Origin: an uncultured Bacilli bacterium
Lineage (GTDB): Bacteria; Bacillota_I; Bacilli_A; RF39; UBA660
Assembly (NCBI GenBank): GCA_944358525.1
Contig: CALVRI010000001.1
Span: 10,652 to 74,651, forward strand
Direction: 5' to 3'
DNA: 64,000 nucleotides
In this document: in pieces, positions 48,815-58,955 of the stretch
Layout: every line of letters starts with the position of its first letter
Numbering within the stretch: the first letter of the stretch is position 1
Notes under the pieces: model-generated
Database searches by the model: none
What the model was told of the DNA's origin: nothing
What the model saw: the letters and a program-made list of their open reading frames with translations, nothing else
Program-made: the position numbers and the translations under genes

Positions 48815-50068
48815 TTACCCTATTTTATATGGATCAGTTTGAGTTCCAGAACCTGTCAAAGTTATATTAGAATTTAGATAGACTACTGGGACAACATTGC
48901 GGCTTGAACCTAAGACATCTGTATCATAATAAAATCCGCCGCTATGGATGAATATTGGACTAAATGATGCATTAGCATGGGATATTGTCCACCAATAAGT
49001 ACCTAAACTTGACATCCAATTTGTATTTATACATTTGTTATAATTAGTACTTATTAAAGATGCTGTTCCACATTCTACATTATTAGTATTAGCTCTTATG
49101 TATTCACTTGGTGCAATTAAGCCTACTTTACCATTCCAATTTGTACTATTTTCTGAGGTTATTTGTGATGCGAGATCATTATTATTATAATTAATCGTAC
49201 CGATTGGCCAGTTATGAGAAGTTATTTGAGATTGTTCAGATAATGTCTGTAAATAAGTGCTATTTAAATATGTATTTAAAGTTGCCGGGGCATTCCAAGT
49301 GCTGACACCTTCAGTATCCCAAGGCATATTGGCTATATTTTGAGATCTCATTATTTTTAACGTACCATCAGAATTTATTGAGATTATCCTCCAAGTTTCT
49401 CCACTAAAGTTTATATAATTATTTGGGTTTGCTCCTTTATAAGTGTATTTTCCTGTTTCAAAGCTATCTGCATACAACCCATCGTTTTCGGTAACAATTG
49501 GAATATTAACCCCACCTACTGTTATGGTGTTTTCTTCCGGTGTTTCTTCAATATATAATTGATTATCCATGGCGATAGTTGCATATGTGTCATTGTTAAA
49601 TTCAGCAAATAATCTTCCTTTATTTTGAACTACATTGGTTTCTACTTTAGAAATAAAATCACGGAATTTTTGATTTATATTATTATCTTCTTTAGTAGAA
49701 ATATATTTTTTTATGATGCTGATATCAGAATAGGTATAAATAATAGTTTTGGCGTCCATTTTATTAATGAGGTTGTCGCAAAAGTTGTCTATTATTCCGG
49801 CATCCATGTTACAAGAACCATCTTTATATACAACAACATATGGTAATGCTTGTGTTAACTTTGTAGATAAATCATAATTGTTTGTTTGTAGATAATTTGC
49901 AACTGATGATAAATCATAAATTGATTCGACATTGTTATAATTATAACTATTTTTATAATTAGTTGTAAGATTACTAAATTGAATATAAAGCAATATTAAT
50001 ACTGTTAAAACAAAAGTTGACACAACTAATGACTCCGCTAATAAAAAACCCCTATTATCTTTTTTCAT
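48815..50068 (-). CDS. large prepilin-like protein (417 aa) with C-terminal putative adhesin domain
   Basis: MKKDNRG|FLLAESLVVSTFVL prepilin signal (Glu +5); C-terminal ~220 aa homologous to the C-terminus of the Tad-locus 427-aa protein. Confidence 0.65.
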   Translation of the reverse strand: MKKDNRGFLLAESLVVSTFVLTVLILLYIQFSNLTTNYKNSYNYNNVESIYDLSSVANYLQTNNYDLSTKLTQALPYVVVYKDGSCNMDAGIIDNFCDNLINKMDAKTIIYTYSDISIIKKYISTKEDNNINQKFRDFISKVETNVVQNKGRLFAEFNNDTYATIAMDNQLYIEETPEENTITVGGVNIPIVTENDGLYADSFETGKYTYKGANPNNYINFSGETWRIISINSDGTLKIMRSQNIANMPWDTEGVSTWNAPATLNTYLNSTYLQTLSEQSQITSHNWPIGTINYNNNDLASQITSENSTNWNGKVGLIAPSEYIRANTNNVECGTASLISTNYNKCINTNWMSSLGTYWWTISHANASFSPIFIHSGGFYYDTDVLGSSRNVVPVVYLNSNITLTGSGTQTDPYKIG

Positions 50069-50174
50069 GATTTTTGCTCCTTTGCAATTGTTTTTATTCT
50101 AAATCTATTATATAATATATCTAGGATAAAATCTAGTCCTAAAAAATAAAAGTAAGAAAGGTGGCTATATTTAT

Positions 50175-51527
50175 ATGATGAAATCATTTGACTTTGCCAA
50201 AGTTCCAATAGTCGATATTATAAATGAGATTTTAGTAGATTCTTCAAAAAAAGGAGCTAGTGATATTCACTTTGATCCTTATGAAGATCATTTACTTATT
50301 AGGATAAGAATTGATGGAGTTTTAATGGATTATGCGACAGTTCCAGAAGCATATCGTGATTACTTGATAACTCGCATCAAAACAATTTCTAAAATGAACA
50401 TTACAGAATCAAGGTTACCACAAGATGGAGCAATTAAAGAAACACTAGATGGAATTGATTTAGATTTACGTGTTTCTTCTTTACCTGTAAGTACTGGAGA
50501 AAAAATAGTTATTCGTATTTTGGATTATTCTAGAAGTATGGCTGGTTTAAATGAACTTGGATTTAGCGAGGATAATTATAAAAAAGTTTTAGAGATGATT
50601 AGTGTTCCAAATGGTATTATTTTAGTAACTGGAGCAACCGGTACTGGTAAATCTACGACTGTTTACTCTATTTTACAGCATTTAAACACTTCGGCTACAA
50701 ATATTATTACAGTTGAGGATCCAATAGAAATGGATATTACTGGTATTAATCAAGTTCAAACTAATCCTAAAATTGGTCTTACATTTGCGACAGCTTTAAG
50801 ATCTATTTTAAGACAAGATCCGAATATTATTATGATTGGTGAAATAAGAGATACCGAGACAGCTAAAATTGCTGTACGTGCTTCAATTACTGGTCATTTG
50901 GTTCTTTCAACATTACACACTAATACAGCATTAAATACTATTGAAAGATTAATTGATATGGATGTTCAAAGATATTTACTTGCTTCAGCTTTAGAAGGAG
51001 TTATTTCACAAAAACTAGCAAGGCAATTATGCCCACACTGTAAAACAAAAAGAAAAACTAGTGAATATGAAAAGATGGTTTTTAAAAGTGTTTTAAATAA
51101 AGATGTCGATGAAATATATGATACTGAAGGATGTGAACATTGCCATGATGGTTATCTCGGTCGTATTGCAATACACGAAGTACTTAGAATCGACCAAGAT
51201 ATTCGTGATGCATTAAGTAATGGCAAGCCTAAAGAAGAGATTAGAAGGCTTGTATATGGTACTGGTAATGTTACGACGATGCTTCAAGATGGACTTAAAA
51301 AAGTTATTGAAGGAAAAACTACTTTTGAAGAGATTCTTAAATTAATTGAACTTGAGGATGATGACAAAATTAGTAGCAATGATGAACTAAAAGAAGCAAT
51401 TATGGAGAAAAAAGAAGAACTAGTTGCGGAGGAACGTCAAGAAGGAGAATATTTGGGAAATCGTGAAGATTTGGGCAGTATTCCAAAGAGTGTTTATGGT
51501 GAAGATATTGAAAGTTTAGATATATAA
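50175..51527 (+). CDS. pilB: type IV pilus / T2SS assembly ATPase (GspE/PilB family) lacking the N-terminal GspII_E_N domain, with acidic C-terminal tail
   Basis: Walker A GATGTGKST, Asp boxes, Walker B, His box, and tetracysteine zinc motif CPHC...CEHC; last ~60 aa are D/E-rich; AAGGTGG RBS. Confidence 0.85.
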   Translation: MMKSFDFAKVPIVDIINEILVDSSKKGASDIHFDPYEDHLLIRIRIDGVLMDYATVPEAYRDYLITRIKTISKMNITESRLPQDGAIKETLDGIDLDLRVSSLPVSTGEKIVIRILDYSRSMAGLNELGFSEDNYKKVLEMISVPNGIILVTGATGTGKSTTVYSILQHLNTSATNIITVEDPIEMDITGINQVQTNPKIGLTFATALRSILRQDPNIIMIGEIRDTETAKIAVRASITGHLVLSTLHTNTALNTIERLIDMDVQRYLLASALEGVISQKLARQLCPHCKTKRKTSEYEKMVFKSVLNKDVDEIYDTEGCEHCHDGYLGRIAIHEVLRIDQDIRDALSNGKPKEEIRRLVYGTGNVTTMLQDGLKKVIEGKTTFEEILKLIELEDDDKISSNDELKEAIMEKKEELVAEERQEGEYLGNREDLGSIPKSVYGEDIESLDI

Positions 51528-51559
51528 AAAATACAGCTTAATTTTGAGCTGTATTTTCA
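51528..51559. terminator. bidirectional terminator (11-bp stem AAAATACAGCT / AGCTGTATTTT) between convergent pilB and 51538..52017
   Basis: Perfect inverted repeat overlapping the 3' end of the minus-strand ORF, flanked by A/T runs. Confidence 0.55.
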
Positions 51560-52017
51560 TATTGTTCAATTACTTTAGATGTAACACCTTTTAAGTTACC
51601 TTTGGTAACTGCAGTTATAGTTTTTGTTTCATTAGGTTTTAGTGAGCTACCTATATTACCACGTAAAGTTATAACATTATTACCATCTTTATCTTTTAAA
51701 ACAATATTTACATCATTTATATTGCTGTCTGTTTGATTTGTATTAGTAACATCAGCTGTAAATGTGCTATAACCATTTTCTGATATAAGAGAAATATTGG
51801 TAAATTTTAAGCCTTCATATGTTTCTTCTTTGATGACATCAGCAGATGTGTTGGCAGTTATACCATTTTCATCATTTTTTGTTATTTGTTCTTTTCCAAA
51901 ACCAAAAGATATTATTAATCCAATAATTAAAGCAATTATCGCAACTAAGAAAATAATTAGTTGAATTTTATATTTTTTAGCAAATTCTATTACATCTTCC
52001 TTTTTTAGTTTTTTCAT
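51538..52017 (-). CDS. membrane-anchored hypothetical protein (159 aa) with Thr/Asn-rich extracellular domain
   Basis: N-terminal signal anchor IQLIIFLVAIIALIIGLIISF then beta-rich T/N/S sequence. Confidence 0.4.
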   Translation of the reverse strand: MKKLKKEDVIEFAKKYKIQLIIFLVAIIALIIGLIISFGFGKEQITKNDENGITANTSADVIKEETYEGLKFTNISLISENGYSTFTADVTNTNQTDSNINDVNIVLKDKDGNNVITLRGNIGSSLKPNETKTITAVTKGNLKGVTSKVIEQYENTAQN

Positions 52018-52072
52018 TTGTTCCCCTACTTTCTTTATTTTATTATAATTTATTTCGGGGATAATTTCAATA

Positions 52073-52510
52073 CTATAAATAAATTTTTAATTTTTCAATA
52101 TATTCTTCACCAAATTTTTTTAAGTTTTTTGCAAGATTTATAATTTTTTTATCGGCTGTTTTTTCATAATTATCAATATGTTTAGATAGTTCTAAATTAC
52201 CCATAGTTAGTCCTTGAATTAACATATCGGCGATATTGGCATCACTATTATCACTTATCATTTCTTTACTAATACTCATTTTAGACATAGCTTTAGCCAT
52301 CATTCCAATTTGTTTAGCTTTTAGATCTTTTTTATTTAATAATTTTTCAGTTTCTTTCGCATATTTTTCATAGTTTTTTTCGATTTCTTCTACTAGTTTT
52401 TTTATTTTGTTATCTTTTCCTTTTAAACTATTTATTAAATCTTTAGTACTTTCCATACCCATGTTGCTTGTTTGATAAATATACTCTAATATTTCTTCAT
52501 TTTCATTCAT
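52073..52510 (-). CDS. hypothetical K/E-rich helical protein (145 aa)
   Basis: Intact ORF; no motif recognised. Confidence 0.3.
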   Translation of the reverse strand: MNENEEILEYIYQTSNMGMESTKDLINSLKGKDNKIKKLVEEIEKNYEKYAKETEKLLNKKDLKAKQIGMMAKAMSKMSISKEMISDNSDANIADMLIQGLTMGNLELSKHIDNYEKTADKKIINLAKNLKKFGEEYIEKLKIYL

Positions 52511-52553
52511 TTTATCATTCCTTTCAGCTTTATTATGTGTTTAGTTTACTCTT

Positions 52554-52913
52554 TTATACAAAAAAACAATACTTTTCGTGAGTAATTGTTAAAGTACATG
52601 GTTTAGATTCTTTTCTATTTCGAGTTATTTCAATTTTATTATCGGTTATTTTTATTTGGTAATCTTTTGAGTTAGAATAATTATTTTTTATTTTTTCTTT
52701 TAATTTGTTTATAAAAGTATTTTCATCAGAAATATGCGTATTAAAGTGCCTTATGAAATTAGTTTGAAAAACATATATATCCATAGCAAGGGTTTCTTCG
52801 TTATCAATGTTTTTATTTATAAATTTTATTAGACCCCCAGTTACTCTACCATCTGATGAGATTTGGTCAATATATTCGGTAGTTAAGTTAATTATTTTAT
52901 TTATATTATCCAT
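52554..52913 (-). CDS. hypothetical protein (~119 aa from ATG with AGGAA RBS; ORF-finder start 52988 lies inside tag)
   Basis: Internal ATG (MDNINKII...) preceded by AGGAAatcaaa and overlapping tag stop by 8 nt (translational coupling). Confidence 0.35.
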   Translation of the reverse strand: MDNINKIINLTTEYIDQISSDGRVTGGLIKFINKNIDNEETLAMDIYVFQTNFIRHFNTHISDENTFINKLKEKIKNNYSNSKDYQIKITDNKIEITRNRKESKPCTLTITHEKYCFFV

Positions 52914-53460
52914 TTTGATTTCCTTTCTTATATTTAAAGCAGTTTTCATCATGGGAGTTGACGATGCCGATGGCTTGCAGGTAAGCATATATTATAGTTG
53001 TTCCAACGAAGGTCATACCTCTTTTTTTCAAATCTTTAGATATTTTATCAGATAACTCTGATGAAGTTTTACCTATTTCATATATTATTTTATTATTGGT
53101 GAAACTCCAAATATATTTAGAAAAAGAGCCATATTCCTTTTCAATTTTTTTAAATATTTTGGCATTATTAATAGATGCTTTTATTTTTAATTTATTTCTA
53201 ATGATACCTTTATTTTCTTTTAATTCATTTATTTTTGTTTCATCATAACAAACTATTTTATCAATATCAAAATTATCATAAGCATGTCTAAAATTTTCTC
53301 TTTTATTTAAAATACATTCCCAAGATAATCCTGCTTGAAATGATTCTAAAATTAAAAGTTCGAACAGTTCTTTATCATCATAAGTTGGTTCTCCCCACTC
53401 TTCATCGTGGTATTTAACATAAAGCGGATTATCTAGATTACACCATTTACATCTTTGCAT
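52906..53460 (-). CDS. tag: DNA-3-methyladenine glycosylase I
   Basis: MQRCKWCNLDNPLYVKYHDEEWGEP ... zinc-binding Cys/His and HhH fold typical of Tag. Confidence 0.85.
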   Translation of the reverse strand: MQRCKWCNLDNPLYVKYHDEEWGEPTYDDKELFELLILESFQAGLSWECILNKRENFRHAYDNFDIDKIVCYDETKINELKENKGIIRNKLKIKASINNAKIFKKIEKEYGSFSKYIWSFTNNKIIYEIGKTSSELSDKISKDLKKRGMTFVGTTIIYAYLQAIGIVNSHDENCFKYKKGNQNG

Positions 53461-53974
53461 ATTTGTCTCCTTTTGGTATTTTGTATTTTGTTATATCTAA
53501 TCCTTCTAATTTTAATAATTTTATTTTAACATCTATTCCACCAGTAAACCCTGTTAGATTGTTATTAGTACCTACTACTCTATGACAAGGAATAACGATT
53601 GGGATAGGATTATGGCCGATTGCACCACCTACAGCTCTCGCAGACATTTTAGGACTTATTTTTTTAGCTATATTACCATAAGTTATCGTCTTACCATAGG
53701 AAATAGTTTTTAAAGCATTCCAAACTTTTATTTGAAAAGGTGTCCCTTCTAGTTTTAATTTTAAGTCATCTATATTGGGTTTTTCTTTATTAAAATATTT
53801 ATCCAACCAAGTTTTGGTTTGTTTAAATATCTCTAAGTTGTCATTTGTTTTAGCCTCTTTTTTTATATTCTGATAGTATGATTCTTTTTCTAATATAATA
53901 TGAGTTAGATTTGTTCCATCACTAATTAAAGTTAGATTACCTATAACCGATTGATAGGTAGTTTTATATTTCAT
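53447..53974 (-). CDS. ogt: methylated-DNA--protein-cysteine methyltransferase (Ogt/MGMT)
   Basis: Active-site IPCHRVVG motif and C-terminal wHTH DNA-binding domain; overlaps tag by 14 nt. Confidence 0.85.
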   Translation of the reverse strand: MKYKTTYQSVIGNLTLISDGTNLTHIILEKESYYQNIKKEAKTNDNLEIFKQTKTWLDKYFNKEKPNIDDLKLKLEGTPFQIKVWNALKTISYGKTITYGNIAKKISPKMSARAVGGAIGHNPIPIVIPCHRVVGTNNNLTGFTGGIDVKIKLLKLEGLDITKYKIPKGDKYAKM

Positions 53975-54042
53975 ATAAGCACCTCAAATAAATAATATGA
54001 AATTTTATAATTAATGTCAAGAAAAGCATCTTTTTTAGATGC

Positions 54043-54870
54043 TTAACCAATGTTTATATCTCCATATTTAGTAACAGATGTTAAAGTGTAATTACCTAAA
54101 TTAGATGAATTATTTATTTTTATTTCACCCCATTTGGTATCACCTAAGGCTTTACCGTTTGAAAGTTTTTCGACAGTAATTTCCCCATATTTTGTTTCTA
54201 GTTTTGAATTATCTGTTAGAAATATGTTATTGATTTTTATATCTCCATAAGTGGTTTTAATAGAGGTATAACCATTAATAGTACCAGCTTTTACTTCACC
54301 GTATGTGTTTTTTACGGTTAAAACGTTTGCGTTTTCCGTTAAAACATCACCATAGGTTGTTTCAATATTAATTCTATTTGCTTTATTTACAGTAATATCT
54401 CCAGTAGTAGATTTAACATTAATGTTACCGTTTGTTTTTGCAATTTTTATATCACCATTATTATTTTTAACATTTAATTTTTTACTAAATGTTTCTGGTA
54501 TATATATGATTAGATGTGGGCTTTTTTGAAGGCATATACCAAAACATTTTTGCGCATCAAATTCAATATTTAAAGTGTTTTCTTTTTGATTTATTTTAGG
54601 TTTTTCTTTTTCACTATAAACATCTATTTTTATTTTATCATCTAAAGAGTTTTTAAATTCAATATCAGTGTTTGTGATGTCTAGTTTAATTTCATTAAAT
54701 ATATTATCATAAGTTTTAGATAGAGTTAGGTTATCGCTTTGCCCTAGGCTTATAAATTTAACATTAATTAATGAGGGATTTAAGATTCCCCATATCATGA
54801 TAGCTAGTAAACTTATAGTGCATAAAGATAAAAGGATTATTGATACGATGATTAATTTTTTATTCTTCAT
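54043..54870 (-). CDS. DUF4097 ('putative adhesin'/toastrack) beta-repeat protein, membrane anchored
   Basis: N-terminal TM and repeated T(T)YGDI(K/T)V/I strands typical of DUF4097 (LiaG/YvlB-like). Confidence 0.6.
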   Translation of the reverse strand: MKNKKLIIVSIILLSLCTISLLAIMIWGILNPSLINVKFISLGQSDNLTLSKTYDNIFNEIKLDITNTDIEFKNSLDDKIKIDVYSEKEKPKINQKENTLNIEFDAQKCFGICLQKSPHLIIYIPETFSKKLNVKNNNGDIKIAKTNGNINVKSTTGDITVNKANRINIETTYGDVLTENANVLTVKNTYGEVKAGTINGYTSIKTTYGDIKINNIFLTDNSKLETKYGEITVEKLSNGKALGDTKWGEIKINNSSNLGNYTLTSVTKYGDINIG

Positions 54871-55489
54871 CTACGTCATTTCCTTTTAAGTTAAAAACTA
54901 GTTTTATTATTTGCATAATTAAAGCATAAATAATCCACATTATCCAGGTTATGTGCCAAGCCATGGTTAAAAAACTAATAAACATATAAATGATGAGAGT
55001 TAGGAGTGCTAGTGCTTCATCGATGGTTTTATATAAGTTATTTTCTTTTGTTTTTATTTTAATTTTTTTAGTTTCTTTATTATCATAAACCATGCTTGTA
55101 TAAATGATTATGCCAGTTGCGATGGCGATAATAATTAAGAATAAACAAATACCTAATATTTCTAAATCTTTTATGTTACCAAAGATAATTACAAATACAA
55201 CTGATAAAATATATAGACTTACTGATATAGAATACATGAAAGCTTTTTTCTTTTGAATTTCTCTTTTAAATTCATGAGGAGTTTGCTCTTTTTTATTGCC
55301 TGTTAAAAGTTCATCAGTAGTTATTCCATATAAGTTACATAGCGGAACTATTTTATCAAAGTCCGGGGTTGTCCCACCTGTTTCCCACTTACTAACTGTT
55401 TGCCGGCTAACATTTAATATATTAGCTACTTCTTCTTGTGATAGATTTTTTTCTTTTCTTAGTTCATATAATTTTTCTCCTAATTTCAT
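54860..55489 (-). CDS. membrane-tethered XRE-family HTH transcriptional regulator
   Basis: N-terminal HTH_3 (LSQEEVANILNVSRQTVSKWE) followed by ~4 predicted TM helices; overlaps the DUF4097 gene by 11 nt. Confidence 0.7.
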   Translation of the reverse strand: MKLGEKLYELRKEKNLSQEEVANILNVSRQTVSKWETGGTTPDFDKIVPLCNLYGITTDELLTGNKKEQTPHEFKREIQKKKAFMYSISVSLYILSVVFVIIFGNIKDLEILGICLFLIIIAIATGIIIYTSMVYDNKETKKIKIKTKENNLYKTIDEALALLTLIIYMFISFLTMAWHITWIMWIIYALIMQIIKLVFNLKGNDVDEE

Positions 55490-55605
55490 TTTTTCACCTC
55501 GAGATAATTTTATAATGAAAAGTGTTTACAATACTAGCATTTTCACTTTGCAATTTGTCAACTAGGTTTAACATTGTTTGTTTTTTCTTTAAATATAAGG
55601 GTGTT

Positions 55606-57183
55606 TTATGCTCTTAATTTAAAGGTTTTTGGAGCTTTATTATAAACTAAAATTAAAGCAATTATACAGTATAAAATACTAAATATGATGGTTGCTAGTC
55701 CAAAATAAAAGGTTGGTAGTTTTTCTCCTATAAAGAAATAACATACAAAGTAAGTTAAACCTTGGACTAGTGAATAAGTACTACTTTTCATTTCTGTGTT
55801 TACGTTATATGGCTGTAAAAGATAATACATAACTAAGTAATGAACTGAGAAAAAGATACTCATGGCTAAGATAGATACAAATATAATGACATAGTTTAAT
55901 GGTTCAGCCACTCCTCCAGATAAATATAGAAGTAAGGTTAAGCCCCCACCGATTAGGAGTGCTGGAATTAGATTTAAGGAAATTAAAGTTTTTAATCTTT
56001 CTTTAAAGACACCTAATATTACTTTTGGAGTTCTATAAATTCTATATGTCAGCATACTATGGTCACAGTTCATAAACATAGCCTGAGTTACAGTGGTTCC
56101 GCGGTTTAAGATATACATAACAAAGACAAAATATGGTAAATAAACTAATAATAAAGCATTTATTCCTGCGGCTACTGTTTTGTTTTTTAAGGTGAGAACT
56201 ATCAAAATAGCAAATATTAAAGTGATAACAATAGATTGTTTTTTGATAGCTTTAGTTAATATTTTGCTATGTCTTTTAACAAATAGTTCGTGGAAGTAGG
56301 CAAATCCATGTTTATTACTTTTAAAGTTTTTGTCTAGTTCGATTTGCTTAGAAACATTTTCTTTAATGGCTTTTGTACTACTAGCATTTTCGACTGCATA
56401 TACATTTTCGTTTGTTAAAATTTGTTTATACATTTGTTTATATTTATCAAATGAATTAATTACTTTAATACTTAAAAGGCCAGTGATTAAACTTATGATA
56501 AAACAAATAATGAAGATAAATGGATTAATTACAATTTTAAAATAAGGCATTCCATAAGCACATAAAAGTAATATTCCAATTACTAGCCAAGTTAGTTTAT
56601 TTAATAAGTTTTCGTTTTTAGCTATTTTAGTTTTTTTAAAATCAAGTAGAACATAAGCACTGAAAGTTATTTTTACCATAACGACAAAAATAGGCATAAT
56701 TATGCATAGCCAAAGTGGAACTTTTAACATTAAACCAAAGATTATGGTAAAGGGCATAAAACCGATGAAGGTTTTTAGCATGGCATATATATAATTAGAC
56801 AATGTGTATTTTTTGGCATCCATATTCATAATCATCATAGCATAATATTTATCTTTAGTTGGGTTAAACATATAAGTGTTCATAATGCCACCAATGATGG
56901 TTAAAAATAAGAATATATGTATAAAAGTATTGGCATTATTTAGTTTAAATACTGGAAGCATGGCAAAGATGCAGAAGAATATGTATAGAAATTTACCTAA
57001 GAAAATCGTGCATAATTCCATGATTATACTGACAATATTACCAATGATTTTTAAGGCTTTATTTTTATATAAGCTTTCAGGTAATATTTTTCTTATTATT
57101 GGCAATTGTTTAATCGAATAAATAACACTATTGACACGGTATGTGTTTTTTAATTTAAAGGAAGTAATAAATGCTTCTAACAT
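55606..57183 (-). CDS. polytopic membrane permease (525 aa) partnered with ABC ATPase
   Basis: >10 hydrophobic helices, no NBD; 1-nt gap from upstream ABC ATPase gene. Confidence 0.5.
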   Translation of the reverse strand: MLEAFITSFKLKNTYRVNSVIYSIKQLPIIRKILPESLYKNKALKIIGNIVSIIMELCTIFLGKFLYIFFCIFAMLPVFKLNNANTFIHIFLFLTIIGGIMNTYMFNPTKDKYYAMMIMNMDAKKYTLSNYIYAMLKTFIGFMPFTIIFGLMLKVPLWLCIIMPIFVVMVKITFSAYVLLDFKKTKIAKNENLLNKLTWLVIGILLLCAYGMPYFKIVINPFIFIICFIISLITGLLSIKVINSFDKYKQMYKQILTNENVYAVENASSTKAIKENVSKQIELDKNFKSNKHGFAYFHELFVKRHSKILTKAIKKQSIVITLIFAILIVLTLKNKTVAAGINALLLVYLPYFVFVMYILNRGTTVTQAMFMNCDHSMLTYRIYRTPKVILGVFKERLKTLISLNLIPALLIGGGLTLLLYLSGGVAEPLNYVIIFVSILAMSIFFSVHYLVMYYLLQPYNVNTEMKSSTYSLVQGLTYFVCYFFIGEKLPTFYFGLATIIFSILYCIIALILVYNKAPKTFKLRA

Positions 57184-57184
57184 A

Positions 57185-57880
57185 TTATTCCTCCTTTAGG
57201 GCTTCAATTATTTTATTTTTGAAGCTTTCAGTGTCTAGATTATCTTTGGTTATCTCTTTTAAAACGCCTTTATTTAAAACCACTATTTCATCACATAAGT
57301 CTAAAGCTAGTTCCATAATATGGGTTGAGAAAATAATGATATGATCTTTTTTTATATTTTTAAACATCTGTTTCATTTCTTCTTGGGCTACAACATCAAA
57401 TGATGTTAATGGTTCATCTAACAGTAAAATATTTGGCCCAGCTATGATGTTTACTAACATCTGCATTTTGTTTTTCATGCCGTGAGAGTAGTCTTTCATA
57501 AGTTTGTCTCTATCTTCTTTTTCTATCTGCATGAAATCAAAGTATTCATCAATATCTTTTTCATTTTGAATATGATTTTTATTTATTTCGATGAAGAATT
57601 TTAAGAATTCTCTTCCGGTTAAAAACTCTGGAACATTGGGTGTAGATAAAACGTATCCAATATCTTCTAGTTTAATTTTTCTATCTACTTCATCGTTTAT
57701 ATAAAACTCGCCACCATCTAATTCTAAGTCTTCATTTAGACAGTTAAATAAGGTTGTTTTACCGGCACCGTTTCGCCCAAGTAAACCATAGATTTTTCCT
57801 TTTTCAAATTCAAAGTTTATATCTTTTAAAACTTCTTTTTTTTCAAAATTTTTCTTTAAATGTTTAATAACTAATTTCAT
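57185..57880 (-). CDS. ABC transporter ATP-binding protein
   Basis: Walker A GRNGAGKTT, signature YSHGMKNKMQ, Walker B LLLDEP. Confidence 0.85.
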   Translation of the reverse strand: MKLVIKHLKKNFEKKEVLKDINFEFEKGKIYGLLGRNGAGKTTLFNCLNEDLELDGGEFYINDEVDRKIKLEDIGYVLSTPNVPEFLTGREFLKFFIEINKNHIQNEKDIDEYFDFMQIEKEDRDKLMKDYSHGMKNKMQMLVNIIAGPNILLLDEPLTSFDVVAQEEMKQMFKNIKKDHIIIFSTHIMELALDLCDEIVVLNKGVLKEITKDNLDTESFKNKIIEALKEE

Positions 57881-57981
57881 GTGTACCTCCTACTATTTCA
57901 CATCTATTTCATTATACATTATGGGTATATGTTTGACAATAATTTTTGATAAGAAAAAAATTCTAGATTTTTTCTAGAATT

Positions 57982-58713
57982 TTAATTAAAACTATTTTCA
58001 TAAATATCTAAAAACGCGCTGACAAATCTTGCCTCTTCTTTTGCTTTTTTTGTTCCTTTAGTTACTTGCCAGCCATAGGTTTTATAATTTTTATAAGTGA
58101 AGTTAGTAAGCGGGAGTAAATTGAATTCATCTTTAATTAATTTAATTCCTTCAGAATAATCTTTTTTTAATCTAACAAAGGCTTTACTTGGGTTTTTGAA
58201 AACAGCCATGCCATATTTATTAGCTCCTATATCGAAGTCGATACTTATTTTACTAAATTCATTTATGTCGACATCACCTTTTATGTTACTTTCACCACTG
58301 ATGTAAACCTGAGTGTATTTTAAATTATCGTCATAGGCAAAGCCGTATTTTACGAGTAACATTTTGTCAATTATTATAAGAAAGAATGTTATCAATATAA
58401 TAACGATTGTGATAAGAATTTTTCTTTTGTTTTTCCCACTATAATTTAGTTTTAAAAGTTCTAAAAGATTGTTTTCAGATTCTTTTTTTATATCTTTTTC
58501 TTTGATTTTCTCACCAGCAAAAAGTTCATTTAAAGAAATACCTAAAATATTGCATAGATCTTGCATAATTGAAATATCAGGCATACTTCTTCCGTTTTCC
58601 CACTTACTGACAGCTTTATAGGATACATTTAATTTTTCTCCGAGTTCTGCTTGGGTTAAATTTTTTTCTTTTCGGCTCCTTGCAATAAACCTACCTATTT
58701 TTTCTTGATTCAT
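57982..58713 (-). CDS. membrane-anchored XRE-family HTH regulator with ~130-aa extracytoplasmic domain
   Basis: HTH_3 (LTQAELGEKLNVSYKAVSKWE), single TM (ILITIVIILITFFLIII) and C-terminal soluble domain. Confidence 0.7.
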   Translation of the reverse strand: MNQEKIGRFIARSRKEKNLTQAELGEKLNVSYKAVSKWENGRSMPDISIMQDLCNILGISLNELFAGEKIKEKDIKKESENNLLELLKLNYSGKNKRKILITIVIILITFFLIIIDKMLLVKYGFAYDDNLKYTQVYISGESNIKGDVDINEFSKISIDFDIGANKYGMAVFKNPSKAFVRLKKDYSEGIKLIKDEFNLLPLTNFTYKNYKTYGWQVTKGTKKAKEEARFVSAFLDIYENSFN

Positions 58714-58955
58714 AGTCTTCTCTCCTTTTGACTACATTATAAAACAGTTTTTATTTTTTTGAACACCTACTGGTGGTAGAGTTTTATTAAATAAGATTTT
58801 TTCTATTAAGTATATTATACTACTTGTTTAAATTAGGTAAAGTATATGCATAATATTATAGAAAAAACATATAATAGTATTGATATTATATTGAAAACGT
58901 ATTGACATATTTTTTTGAGTGTGTTAATATGTTGATAGAAAAGGAGATGGTTAAT

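Noticed and set aside
50069-50174. Possible operator palindrome in the pilB / pilin divergent promoter region (TCTAGGAT…ATCTAGTCCTA)
   Set aside because: It has only 5-bp imperfect arms, which is not distinguishable from chance in AT-rich DNA.
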